Of a stretch of DNA of 63,526 nt, positions 18,529 to 28,050 are shown piece by piece; the stretch's first letter is position 1; every line of letters starts with the position of its first letter. Source of the DNA: a virus (Duplodnaviria > Caudoviricetes). Below the pieces are notes generated by a model. That model had not been told where the DNA came from, did not search any database, and worked only from the letters and a program-made list of their open reading frames with translations. Position numbers and translations under genes: made by a program. The stretch spans positions 1-63,526 of IMG/VR virus record IMGVR_UViG_3300024182_000007; one strand, given 5' to 3'.

Positions 18529-19049
18529 GACTACTACTGGCTTTGCTACTACCGTTCGTCCTGTGCGCCCAGCAGTCCACACTTCACCGCAATGCCGCAA
18601 ATCCCGGCGCGGTCCCCCAATGGATCAAATGCACCGTTACTAATAACTCGACAAATCTAGTCGTGAGTGGGACCGGCTGCACGGCGGCGACCATCGCCAA
18701 AGCGGGCGGACTTACCCAGACAATTCCGCTCTTTCCATTACTCGCTAATGGCTATGTTCATAACTATGTGCTCAAGACGAGCACGGCATTCGCGGGCACA
18801 ACGTCGCTACTCGGCGGGCTGGGCACCACTGGGACACCTAATCTCTTCCTCATCAGCGCTGTCACCGGATATAACATGAAGACGGCGGTAAGCGCCACGA
18901 ATCTCAGTACAGCCTTACCGTTAGTGGGAGGTAGCGATACGGCGAGCGCCAGTAATGTGGTCCTTCAATTGACAAGCACTATCGATAACCTGACCGCTAT
19001 TTCTGTTGGCGCAATCGATATCTGGGTGCTCTGGTCTGTTAGGCCATAA
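18525..19049 (+). CDS. secreted-type beta-sandwich fibre/decoration-like protein
   Basis: MRLLLALLLPFVLCA-QQ signal peptide; ATGA overlap. Confidence 0.7.
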   Translation: MRLLLALLLPFVLCAQQSTLHRNAANPGAVPQWIKCTVTNNSTNLVVSGTGCTAATIAKAGGLTQTIPLFPLLANGYVHNYVLKTSTAFAGTTSLLGGLGTTGTPNLFLISAVTGYNMKTAVSATNLSTALPLVGGSDTASASNVVLQLTSTIDNLTAISVGAIDIWVLWSVRP

Positions 19050-19065
19050 ATAAATCCGTACACGA

Positions 19066-19731
19066 TTACGGCACGGGCTGATATGGCAATGGCGTAGTCC
19101 CCTTATCGATTTGAGATCCCCAAACAAAGAGTACGTTTGAGTCTCCCGCGCTGAAATACGAAACCTGCCCGTTATTGTTGAGTGGCGCAATGCGCGGGAA
19201 AGCGGCAACGAATCGCTGGTGCGGGAATACCGGCTTGATCCCTACGCCTACCCGGTACCAGCCGTTGCCGGCGTCGGCGATGAAGGGGACAACGTTCGAG
19301 GTGTAGCCAGCCGCATTGAAGATCACGCCAGCCGCTAAATCGACGTGAATCTGGCCTAGGTAAGAAGTATTGCCGGAAGGGTCGGGCGCGTTGAGGAAAG
19401 CCTGCAAGTCGATCAGCGCGATGGAGTGGGTTCCGGCCTTCAGGAACACGCTGAAGCAGACGTGGTTCAAGTCGGGGACTGGCAGATTTTGCGGTGTCGT
19501 CTGGCCGTACAGGAAATGGGCGCCAGGATCGGCGCTGGGCGTCACTACATCGTCCAAGCCCTGCGCCATCGAGCCATCCGGGGCAATCGTTGCATTCGGA
19601 TGGACAGCCAGATTGACGAAGGTCCAGTAACCGGAGCTGAAATCCGTACTGGAAATCGGGATGTAATTCACGGTCTTTTGCGGCGACAGCAGTTGGGCGC
19701 TGGCGAAAATAATAAGGCAAGCTGTTTTCAT
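19066..19731 (-). CDS. carbohydrate-binding-like domain of phage spike/fibre type, probable signal peptide
   Basis: APDG, FSVFLKAG, GNGWYRV, VWGSQIDKG..P.PY motifs. Confidence 0.7.
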   Translation of the reverse strand: MKTACLIIFASAQLLSPQKTVNYIPISSTDFSSGYWTFVNLAVHPNATIAPDGSMAQGLDDVVTPSADPGAHFLYGQTTPQNLPVPDLNHVCFSVFLKAGTHSIALIDLQAFLNAPDPSGNTSYLGQIHVDLAAGVIFNAAGYTSNVVPFIADAGNGWYRVGVGIKPVFPHQRFVAAFPRIAPLNNNGQVSYFSAGDSNVLFVWGSQIDKGTTPLPYQPVP

Positions 19732-19835
19732 GCTTCCAAGCTTACTCCAAGCTTACGGCGTCCGTATCGGTTTGTATAGCTACATTTTTTATCCGGAACT
19801 GGTAAACTTGCAGTCGTGCGACCCGCTCTCACCCT

Positions 19836-20477
19836 ATGAAGCACCCCATGAAGCCGCTTACAATTGTCGTTCTATCTGTTTTATCTTCCGTATTACTCTA
19901 CGCCCAGGCCGTCACCGGAGGACTGACTTCCAAAGGCCCCGTCGATTCCACCTCCGCGACCTCCACGGCCCCTATCAAATCCGGAACGTCCCTCCCCGGA
20001 ACCTGCTCGGTCGGCCAGCTCTTCTTCAAAACGGACGCCGCCAATACGGGAGTTTTATACGCCTGCACGGCGACGAACACGTTCACCCAACAGACGGGAA
20101 TTCCAGGCGCCCATTCCTTCACTTGTAACATCGGTTCGGCGACTTCCTCAACCGTCATCGCGACCGGCGACACCGGATGCTACTCCGATACGGGAACTCT
20201 CTCCGGCAATATCACCGGCGCGACGATCACCGGAAACGCCGCCGCCCTCGCCACTTGCTCCATCACCGTCGATATATGGAAAGCTAACGCCGCCTATCCC
20301 ACCTCCGGCAATAAGATATCCGCCTCCGCCCCAGTGACTCTCTCTTCCGCCCATACGAACGACGCCGGATCGGTTGGCACTTGGACTCTCCCCGTCGCCG
20401 CTCATGACCGATGGGGGGCGTCCGTCGCCAGCGTCACTGGATGTGTATACGCCACACTGAGGGTGGAGTTCCAATGA
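19836..20477 (+). CDS. fibre-like protein with signal peptide
   Basis: MKPLTIVVLSVLSSVLLYA-QA; LP.TC..G..FFKT...LY.CT..NT module; SITVDIWK...ISASAP..LS C-terminal domain. Confidence 0.72.
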   Translation: MKHPMKPLTIVVLSVLSSVLLYAQAVTGGLTSKGPVDSTSATSTAPIKSGTSLPGTCSVGQLFFKTDAANTGVLYACTATNTFTQQTGIPGAHSFTCNIGSATSSTVIATGDTGCYSDTGTLSGNITGATITGNAAALATCSITVDIWKANAAYPTSGNKISASAPVTLSSAHTNDAGSVGTWTLPVAAHDRWGASVASVTGCVYATLRVEFQ

Positions 20478-21991
20478 GAACCTTCAGAATTTGGCTGCTC
20501 CTGTTCGTTGCGGCCCATGGAGTTGTGCGCCCTGCTAATGCCAATGTCAGTGGCATCGACATCGACGTACGAACTACCGGGAACGATGGCAATGGCGGCG
20601 GTTACGCCAATCAGACACTTACCTCTTCCCAAATCTCGACACCTGCCTGCACTGGAGGAACCGATTTCAGCCAATCAGACACGGCGCACGTGACCTTCAA
20701 CGGAACGACAGTTACGGCTACAACAGTAGGCGCGGGAGCAACCATCACTATCACCGGCTACACCGTTATCACCGGGGATAAGTGCAACGTCTTGCAGATC
20801 ACCGGGGGCGTCAACTACACGGCCAGCTTCTACCTGATAACTTCCGTAAGCACGGGCGCAAACACCTGGACGCTCGATCACAATGTAACCACCGGGGCCG
20901 GAACAGCCATGACCGGGGCTATGGGTGGGGCTCTAGCTACTCCAGCGCAGGCGAACGCCGCCGCAATCGCGCTCGGCACCTACAACCATGTCCACATCAA
21001 GACTGGGACATACACCTTCACAACTACGCCGTTCGCTTATACTTCGCCGCAACCAATTGGCCTAATCGTGGAGGGCTATGGCGCGGCTCACGGCGACATG
21101 GGAACGAAGCCGCTAATCACGACGGCCACCAACTCTATCAAGCTGGCGACCTTCACTTCTTCAAGCGACGGCGCAAAGACATTTCGCAATCTCTCCCTGA
21201 GCAATACAGCCGGAACGCGGGCGGAAGGATTCTTTGCGCCTTCCAGCTTCGGCGCCGCGCTCGTCCTCGACACCTGCATTCTGGACGGGTTTTCCTACGG
21301 CGTTCGCGGCGATCTCAATGTCAGCGAACGCTTTGTCGGGCTGCAAATCATCAACACGGAAATCAAAAACAGCACCGTCACCGGGATACTGAACGATGGC
21401 AACACATATTTATATCTGGCCTACATTCACGACAATACCGGCTATGGATTGGATAACGGCACGCAACATCAGCCCTTTACCTACTGGTCGGTAAATTACT
21501 CGGTTTTTGCCAGCAACACTATCGATGGGATACGTTTCCTTGGCACTTCCGGCCTCGAAAGCATGTCCGTGGATCATAGCGCGTTCTACAAAAACGGGGT
21601 GGCCGGAATTAACTGGTCCTCTCTACTGGGCGGACTGACCCTGACGAATAACGTCTTCGATCAGAACACGACTTTCGGCCTAGGCGGGTCGAATGCGCCT
21701 GCTCCCGGTTTCTTTAACCGTAACAACGCCTACTATCTCAATACGACGGCGGCGCGTTCGCCTAACTGGGCAGGATCGTCTTCCACGGGTGACGTGACGC
21801 TAACCGCCGAACCCTTCACAACTCCGGCGAGCGGCGTGTTTACTGCAAACTCTACGGCAGGCGGCGGCGCAGCGCTCAAGGGCGCGGGATACCCCGGCGC
21901 GTCGATTCTCGGCACGGGCGGCTCGGACATCGGGCCGCTTCAATCCGTCGCTTCGGCAGGAGGCTCTTCCAATTCCGCCTATGTCCAATAG
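20474..21991 (+). CDS. pectin-lyase-like right-handed beta-helix protein with signal peptide
   Basis: MRTFRIWLLLFVAAHGVVRPANA; N..G beta-helix repeats; DIGP.Q C-terminus. Confidence 0.8.
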   Translation: MRTFRIWLLLFVAAHGVVRPANANVSGIDIDVRTTGNDGNGGGYANQTLTSSQISTPACTGGTDFSQSDTAHVTFNGTTVTATTVGAGATITITGYTVITGDKCNVLQITGGVNYTASFYLITSVSTGANTWTLDHNVTTGAGTAMTGAMGGALATPAQANAAAIALGTYNHVHIKTGTYTFTTTPFAYTSPQPIGLIVEGYGAAHGDMGTKPLITTATNSIKLATFTSSSDGAKTFRNLSLSNTAGTRAEGFFAPSSFGAALVLDTCILDGFSYGVRGDLNVSERFVGLQIINTEIKNSTVTGILNDGNTYLYLAYIHDNTGYGLDNGTQHQPFTYWSVNYSVFASNTIDGIRFLGTSGLESMSVDHSAFYKNGVAGINWSSLLGGLTLTNNVFDQNTTFGLGGSNAPAPGFFNRNNAYYLNTTAARSPNWAGSSSTGDVTLTAEPFTTPASGVFTANSTAGGGAALKGAGYPGASILGTGGSDIGPLQSVASAGGSSNSAYVQ

Positions 21992-22000
21992 GCTTGATTT

Positions 22001-22924
22001 CTAGAAGGGAGATTCGAGAAAGTCCTTTATTTCGGCGCTCATCCCCACCATCCTCCCGTCTCTCTTACTAACGACCCCCGTCCGCGTCATCTTCCTTATC
22101 TTCTCCCTCACCACATGCCGGTCGTACCCGCTCCTCTCGATTATCTTCGTGATATTGATCCACTCCCCCTTCCCTTCTTCTCCGGCCTCCCTCGTCCCTT
22201 CGATCGCCACCTTCAGAATGCTTCTGTCCGCTGTCGATAAAGTGTCCCGCAGCAGTCTCCCGCCCGCCGCCAGATCGTTGGCCTCCGCCTTCTCCCTGCT
22301 CAAGTCTCTACCAAAGAGGGCCGCCCTCGAACTAACGGCCATCGACACGTTCTTATATAGCTCCTCCCAATGAGCGCCGTACAGAACGTGGATTTTAACC
22401 ATCGTCCGCATCCTCTCCATCAATCTCTCATCGACCTTCCACTGCCGGGGAAACACATCCCTATGCTCTTTTCGCACGCACAACTGAGCTAATCTTCTCG
22501 CCTCCCTGATCTGATTCATGTCCGGCAAATGGCCTTCATCCGCGACCGGCCTCAGCTTCAACGTATTGACGTCCAGGTCGCTGATTAAGTTCCTCAACGG
22601 GATGTGCGTCGGCGCCTCGATATCTATGAATAGTCTGTTCTCCTTCCTCCTCTCCAATAACTCCCTGATCGGCTCTCTCGTGTAATACGGGCGGTCCCGC
22701 CTCCACAACCTCATCCTCGTATCGATCTCCACCGTCTGAAAATCGAACCATCTCAGCTCCCCCGTAGCCGGAGCGTCTAAGACTATCCATAGAGGAGGAT
22801 ATAAGGATTGAGGGTGGATGGGGATCGAGCAGGAGAGGATGATCTCCGTCGCCTGACGATCGACGACGCCCATCTTCTGCAAGTGCGAATGAAGATCTTC
22901 TATCCTCTCCTCGTAGTCGATCAT
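22001..22924 (-). CDS. hypothetical, possible degenerate MCM-like AAA+ with C-terminal winged helix
   Basis: Weak by-eye similarity to 3608-4864, lacking Walker A. Confidence 0.55.
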   Translation of the reverse strand: MIDYEERIEDLHSHLQKMGVVDRQATEIILSCSIPIHPQSLYPPLWIVLDAPATGELRWFDFQTVEIDTRMRLWRRDRPYYTREPIRELLERRKENRLFIDIEAPTHIPLRNLISDLDVNTLKLRPVADEGHLPDMNQIREARRLAQLCVRKEHRDVFPRQWKVDERLMERMRTMVKIHVLYGAHWEELYKNVSMAVSSRAALFGRDLSREKAEANDLAAGGRLLRDTLSTADRSILKVAIEGTREAGEEGKGEWINITKIIERSGYDRHVVREKIRKMTRTGVVSKRDGRMVGMSAEIKDFLESPF

Positions 22925-23085
22925 TCCTCGTCCCTCTTTCGACTGTTAGCCGCGCGGAACCTGATCCTCTTCCAGACCTCTAAGAAGGCGAATATTTCAT
23001 CGACGCTGATGGGGCTCAGATCGGACGGACATTGAATGACGAATTCTCCTTCCGGTAAATTGAAGCGATCCTCGGTCATCTGCAT
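22921..23085 (-). CDS. 54-aa hypothetical protein
   Basis: Hand translation MQMTEDRFNLPEGEFVIQCP...; ATGA overlap. Confidence 0.5.
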   Translation of the reverse strand: MQMTEDRFNLPEGEFVIQCPSDLSPISVDEIFAFLEVWKRIRFRAANSRKRDEE

Positions 23086-23092
23086 TTATCTA

Positions 23093-23122
23093 TTGTAATC
23101 ACGGTCAGCGTTCTGATACAAT
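23093..23122 (+). promoter_or_regulatory. sigma70-like promoter (TTGTAA-18-TACAAT, extended -10) with TCACGGT
   Basis: Motifs read directly, upstream of the packaging operon. Confidence 0.55.
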
Positions 23123-23140
23123 CCCCCTTATAGAAGAAAT

Positions 23141-23725
23141 ATGCCCCTCAGCCGAGAAATGGTATTTAATGAACTCGATGGAGCGGAGGCGAAGGAGATC
23201 CTCCTCCAGCGCTTCTCCTCCCATCTCAACTCGATCCCCTGGCTCCAGCGCCACCTCACCCTCCCGCGCGTGCGGATGAGGCTCTCCATTACGTTCGAGA
23301 TGTACGCCGACCAGCCGACGCCCGATATCCAAACTATCGCGGATGACTTCACTATCAGAACCGATCACGGCGAGACTCTCCCCTTCAAACCTCATCTTTA
23401 CGAGGAGGAGGAGACGATCGACGCCTCTCCGCTCACCGGCGACCCGCCCGACCAGATCCGCGAAGAACACTCTCTGCCCGTCCCCACTCCGGTCAGAAAT
23501 AAGACCCTCAGAGTGACGGAGGATTCCTTTATAGAGCACGCTGATCTGATCCCCGGCGTAACTATAGATAGGATCAGATCGGATACTCCCTCTCCGACGC
23601 GCGGATCTACTCAGATCACCCAGGATTTCGGCCCGCGCCTCCAGAGATCCGAACCTGCCCTCCCGTTCAAGAATAGAGATAGGGATCATAAGCAGGTTCC
23701 GCTGCAAGTCCCGCGTAAACCGTAA
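23141..23725 (+). CDS. hypothetical protein
   Basis: ORF track. Confidence 0.7.
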   Translation: MPLSREMVFNELDGAEAKEILLQRFSSHLNSIPWLQRHLTLPRVRMRLSITFEMYADQPTPDIQTIADDFTIRTDHGETLPFKPHLYEEEETIDASPLTGDPPDQIREEHSLPVPTPVRNKTLRVTEDSFIEHADLIPGVTIDRIRSDTPSPTRGSTQITQDFGPRLQRSEPALPFKNRDRDHKQVPLQVPRKP

Positions 23726-23740
23726 AAAGGAGAATAAAAG

Positions 23741-24040
23741 ATGACTGAAGAAATGACGGCGATCGCATTGCCGCGCTACCGTTCGCATAAGGAAGTGTGG
23801 GCGCTGAAGATCAAATCAATTCAGTTTGACGTAGATAAGGAGCGAGACGATCTGAATGGAGCCTTGATCATTACGCCGGAGGACTCAAGATACGCGCCGT
23901 TCAAGGTTCCGGCCAAGTTCGTTCCGAGGCACTCAGCGGCGCGTCCTGAAACCGGCTGGTACTGGGTGAGGTACGCCGACGGCTACGAATCGTTCTCCCC
24001 CGCCGCCGCCTTCGAGGAGGGATATACCCGATGCGAATAG
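23741..24040 (+). CDS. conserved phage protein (GY.V.Y.DGY.S.SP...FE.GY family)
   Basis: YRSHKEVWALKI and WVRYADGYESFSPAAAFEEGY; AAGGAG SD. Confidence 0.75.
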   Translation: MTEEMTAIALPRYRSHKEVWALKIKSIQFDVDKERDDLNGALIITPEDSRYAPFKVPAKFVPRHSAARPETGWYWVRYADGYESFSPAAAFEEGYTRCE

Positions 24041-24474
24041 GCTCTCTGGTCAACTGGACGAAGCGCACGAACATGCACCCCGATTCCGAAACAGTCGTCC
24101 TCCCAGCCATCGTCAATCAGATCTGGGAGGAGACTGACGGACGAATCAAGAACGTTGGATTATTCGTCTTCTCCTTCGAGGGGCAGTTCCTATCGAGAGT
24201 GACTCCAGTAGATCAGATCGAAGTGATCGCCGACCCCCAATCTTTAGCCGGAGCCCTCGCCGCCGTCCCCGGAATCCTCAAGTCTCAGTTTCAACAGGAT
24301 AAGGATATCCAGGAGTTGAAGTTCAGGCTATCTGCGCTCGAAGGCTCCTTAGGCGTGACCGATCCTCAGGCGAAGGCTTCCGTCACTCAGGTAATTCCTC
24401 CTACCGAGGATCATCCCGCCGTTTTTAAGAGCGGACATAAGCTCGTCGCCGGTAAGGGGATGAAAGAGTCGTGA
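24031..24474 (+). CDS. hypothetical protein
   Basis: ORF track; overlaps neighbours. Confidence 0.65.
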   Translation: MRIGSLVNWTKRTNMHPDSETVVLPAIVNQIWEETDGRIKNVGLFVFSFEGQFLSRVTPVDQIEVIADPQSLAGALAAVPGILKSQFQQDKDIQELKFRLSALEGSLGVTDPQAKASVTQVIPPTEDHPAVFKSGHKLVAGKGMKES

Positions 24475-24809
24475 CGATCGCCGAATTCACCATCGAGCTT
24501 AAACGGACGAACGAACTGCTCGAACGCCAATCGCTCGCCTCGGAAAGAATAGCCGACGCCCTCGAACGCCTGTCCCCCATCCTCCCGCCTTCGACCGGCG
24601 CTCCTTATCAAGCCACCGTCCGCGACCTTCTCAACGTCTCCCCTTCCCGCGTGGATGCTTTAATGGGAGAGAGACTGGAGTTCGCCGCCCGCGAGGGCCT
24701 CGTCCCGGACTCTTCATCCTTCCGTGCTAGAGTACTAGAGTATGAAGGCCAAATCCGCGCCGAATACGGAGAAGAAGCCGTCCAATCCCTCCCGTGGAAT
24801 AAAAAATGA
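24471..24809 (+). CDS. hypothetical protein
   Basis: ORF track; GTGA overlap. Confidence 0.6.
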   Translation: MTIAEFTIELKRTNELLERQSLASERIADALERLSPILPPSTGAPYQATVRDLLNVSPSRVDALMGERLEFAAREGLVPDSSSFRARVLEYEGQIRAEYGEEAVQSLPWNKK

Positions 24810-25383
24810 CCCTCTTCCTTCTCCTGCTCGCCGTCGGACTGTACGTGCTCTTAGTCCGCTTTCGTTGACCTTCCGCGATCTGAAGCCCAACTGGCGCTCT
24901 TACATCTCCTACGTCGCCTATGCCGCCGATGAAGGGGATGAAGATATGGCGTCCATCATGAAGGTCCTCCACGGACTCCCCAAAAAAGAACGGGATCTCG
25001 TCATGCCGGAGCGCCTCTGCGAACTCGCTGGCGTCAAGCCCTCAGAACTTGTCGGCGCCGTCTGCTCCCAGGTCTGGGCTCTCCAGAATGGCGAATCAGC
25101 GATGGCGGCCTCTATTCTTCATCCGTCGGTGGTTCGTAGGACGGCGAAGGCCGCCAATAACCTCAAATACGGCGGACGAGACAGGGAACTATTCTTCAGG
25201 ATTACCGGCTCTCTCCCTGATAGAAAGGGGACGACGATTATCAACAATAACAATCCTCAGACGGCCATCGTCGAATCGGGCGTCAAGGGACAACTCTCTT
25301 CGATGGATCAAGCCGTCGTCGATATGGACCGTCTCCTCGAAGAGTCCTCTGCTATCAATGTTCAGTCCTCAGTCGGTAGCTAA
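24742..25383 (+). CDS. probable terminase small subunit
   Basis: Directly upstream of and overlapping TerL; helical with an INNNN tail. Call is positional only. Confidence 0.5.
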   Translation: MKAKSAPNTEKKPSNPSRGIKNDPLPSPARRRTVRALSPLSLTFRDLKPNWRSYISYVAYAADEGDEDMASIMKVLHGLPKKERDLVMPERLCELAGVKPSELVGAVCSQVWALQNGESAMAASILHPSVVRRTAKAANNLKYGGRDRELFFRITGSLPDRKGTTIINNNNPQTAIVESGVKGQLSSMDQAVVDMDRLLEESSAINVQSSVGS

Positions 25384-27496
25384 ATCCGAATCCTCTCTTG
25401 CTCAGAAGGGGATCTATCTTCACCGCCACTCTCTATCCGAATGCGAGCGGATGATCGCCTCCCTCAACTCTATCTACGTTGTGGACCACGAGACGGAACA
25501 GGAAGTTAAGACGCGCGAACTCACGTCTGAAGAAGTAGCCTGGGTTCAAAACGAGCGCCTCCTCTGCCGTATCGACTTCCGCTACTGGCTCTCTAACTAC
25601 TGCCTGATCAAGGATGAAGAAGATCACACCGTCCACATGTCCCTCTGGAAGTCCCAGGAGATCTTTCTCGACATCATCGGCGAGATGGAGGACGCCGATA
25701 TAGCGATCATGCTCATCATCCTCAAAGCCCGCCAATTGGGGCTATCGAGGCTGATCTCTCTCATTCTTCTTCACGGCATCATCTTCCACGCCAACATCAA
25801 CGCCTTCATGGCCTCCTCCACCGAGGACAAAACCCGCCTCCTGTTCGATATGACGGATTTCGTCCTCGAACGTCTGCCCTGGTGGATGCGCCCGTCCGAA
25901 AAGTTCCGGCGCGAGAACAAGCTCCTCGAACTCCACAATGGTTCGGGCGTCACTCTCCAGCACGGGCAGCAGACGACGGGTATCGCGCGAGGCACGACCC
26001 CTACACTCGCCCATATCTCCGAATTAGCTGAGTTCGACGATCCTTCTTCTTTGATCGATAGCTCTCTGATGCGGGCCATGCACGACTCCGTCTTCACCAA
26101 ACTCTTTCTCGAAGGGACGGCTCAGGGCCAGCATAACTGGTGGCACGACAAATGGCTGTCTTGTAAAGCCGGATGGCCCCAAGGACGTTCTAGATTGCGC
26201 CCTCTCTTCCTCCCCTGGTTCGTCGGCGGACTCTATCCCAAGCAGGCGTGGCTCCGCGCTCATCCCATCCCCGAAAACTATTCCGAGACGATCCTCCCTT
26301 GGGCGCTCGAACACGCGCGCATGGCTTCTGAGTACGTCCGCCATTCCGACTATTTAAGCCGCCACCTAGGCTCTACGTGGGAGATGCCCATCGAGCAGAT
26401 ATGGTATTACGAGTGCGAGAGGGACGCCGCCCTCCGCGAGCGCCGCCTCAACCGCTTTTTGCAGGAGATGCCCGCCAATGACGATGAAGCTTTTCAATCG
26501 ACTAACACATCTGTCTTCGATACTGAAACGATTACCTATTATCGGGACCGTTCGCACTCCTATCCTCTGCTGGGAGCGTACGGTCTTCGGGGACCTGCTG
26601 AGTATCTCCCTTCCCGGCTTCAACCCTCGTCGCTTCTTGTTGATTACAACCGGCCGCCGATCGAGATTCGTTCCGCTTGGGGGACGGGATATCCTATTCC
26701 ATTCACTCTTGTTCCTCTTCGCTTTGATGGTTGGTCCCTCGAATCCGATGCGGGCGGTATTGATAAGATCTATCTTTGGGAAGCTCCTGAACCGGGAGAA
26801 GTTTACGGGTTGGGAGTGGATACATCCGACGGCATCGGGAAGGATAGAACTGTAATAGAAATCCTGAAGAAAGGGTCTGTCTATAATCCGGCCAAGCAAG
26901 TCGGGGAATACGCATCGTCTAAAATGAATGCTTTAGACGCCACCCCCTTTTGTCTCGCCCTCGGCACTCACTTCTCCGTACCTAATGAGTTCGGGATCGT
27001 CCGTCAGCCGCGCATGGCCATTGAGTGTAGAGGGAATGGCGATCAGACTCAGCTCAGGTTGAAGATGCACGGCTGGACTAACTTTCATCCTTGGGTGGAG
27101 AGGATGATCGACAACAAGAAACTGGACCTCAAGCAGGTCAATAAGATAGGGGTGTTCACCAACTTTCAATTCAGGGTGGGGATGATCGACATGCTCGTGA
27201 AGATGATCCGAGACTTGGAGGTAGAGATCTGTTCTCCTTTCTTCGTCAGCGAAATGACCTCCCTTGAGGCGGACGATTTCAACCAGTCGATCAGGGCCGA
27301 TTACGGCGGGCACGATGATAGGGTGATGGCCCTCGGATTCGTTATAGTGAGTCTATACAGGTTCGACACTACTTTCTCTCAACGGGCGAAGGAGAACATG
27401 AACTCTTATATGGGAAGAGGGCCGAGGCAGAAGGACGCCCCTAGAATATACGCGAGATGGCGACCGGGGGCGCAGGAGGCGACCAGCGGATTATAA
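25358..27496 (+). CDS. terL: terminase large subunit
   Basis: ILKARQLGLS Walker A, HISELAEF Walker B, EGTAQG coupling motif, GVDTSDG and GHDDRVMA nuclease motifs. Confidence 0.95.
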   Translation: MFSPQSVAKSESSLAQKGIYLHRHSLSECERMIASLNSIYVVDHETEQEVKTRELTSEEVAWVQNERLLCRIDFRYWLSNYCLIKDEEDHTVHMSLWKSQEIFLDIIGEMEDADIAIMLIILKARQLGLSRLISLILLHGIIFHANINAFMASSTEDKTRLLFDMTDFVLERLPWWMRPSEKFRRENKLLELHNGSGVTLQHGQQTTGIARGTTPTLAHISELAEFDDPSSLIDSSLMRAMHDSVFTKLFLEGTAQGQHNWWHDKWLSCKAGWPQGRSRLRPLFLPWFVGGLYPKQAWLRAHPIPENYSETILPWALEHARMASEYVRHSDYLSRHLGSTWEMPIEQIWYYECERDAALRERRLNRFLQEMPANDDEAFQSTNTSVFDTETITYYRDRSHSYPLLGAYGLRGPAEYLPSRLQPSSLLVDYNRPPIEIRSAWGTGYPIPFTLVPLRFDGWSLESDAGGIDKIYLWEAPEPGEVYGLGVDTSDGIGKDRTVIEILKKGSVYNPAKQVGEYASSKMNALDATPFCLALGTHFSVPNEFGIVRQPRMAIECRGNGDQTQLRLKMHGWTNFHPWVERMIDNKKLDLKQVNKIGVFTNFQFRVGMIDMLVKMIRDLEVEICSPFFVSEMTSLEADDFNQSIRADYGGHDDRVMALGFVIVSLYRFDTTFSQRAKENMNSYMGRGPRQKDAPRIYARWRPGAQEATSGL

Positions 27497-27671
27497 TAGT
27501 CTGATGAATAAAGGATGGCGTCGAAAAGCGGCTGAGACTTTCGCTCAGTCTATCTTCGATCTCATCGTGGCGATGGGAGGAGATAGATCGACCGCGTATT
27601 ATTGTCAGGCCGTCTGGTGGGAGGCTGTCGAACGCGGGGATTTCGGAGAATAACCAGGGCGGAGCCGCTAA

Positions 27672-27848
27672 ATGAGAGAGACTAACCCCCGTCAGCTTTC
27701 CGACGCCTCTATCTCGACGCTGATCGAGCAGGACATATGCCCTATGTGCTTAGGAGAACTGGACACCGGATGGGAATGCAATGAGTGTGGATACGACGCC
27801 ATGCCGCTGGTGAAAGGACTGAAATGTGAACTCCCTAAAACCCGGTAG
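27672..27848 (+). CDS. 58-aa zinc-ribbon protein
   Basis: Hand translation ...ICPMCLGELDTGWECNECGYDA... Confidence 0.55.
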   Translation: MRETNPRQLSDASISTLIEQDICPMCLGELDTGWECNECGYDAMPLVKGLKCELPKTR

Positions 27849-28050
27849 AACTTTCCAATCCTCCCATCTGAATAAAGTCCTCGACTATTCATCCGACTCA
27901 GGCTCCCTCACTCTGGAATTCGTCAACGGCTCCGTCTACTCCTATTCTGGCGTCCCCTTCTCCGTCTTCTCCAGGCTTCAGAAGTCCTCCTCTCCTGGGG
28001 CGTTCTTCCATAAACATATTAAAGGTAAGTACGCCTATGCTAAAGTTTAG
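27826..28050 (+). CDS. KTSC domain protein
   Basis: SS....Y.....L..EF.NGSVYSY.GVP...F..L..S.SPG.FF...IKGKY. Confidence 0.85.
   Translation: MNSLKPGRTFQSSHLNKVLDYSSDSGSLTLEFVNGSVYSYSGVPFSVFSRLQKSSSPGAFFHKHIKGKYAYAKV

Noticed and set aside
25049-25357. N-terminal extension of TerL in the ORF track
   Set aside because: Overlaps the upstream gene by over 300 nt; ATG at 25358 is more plausible
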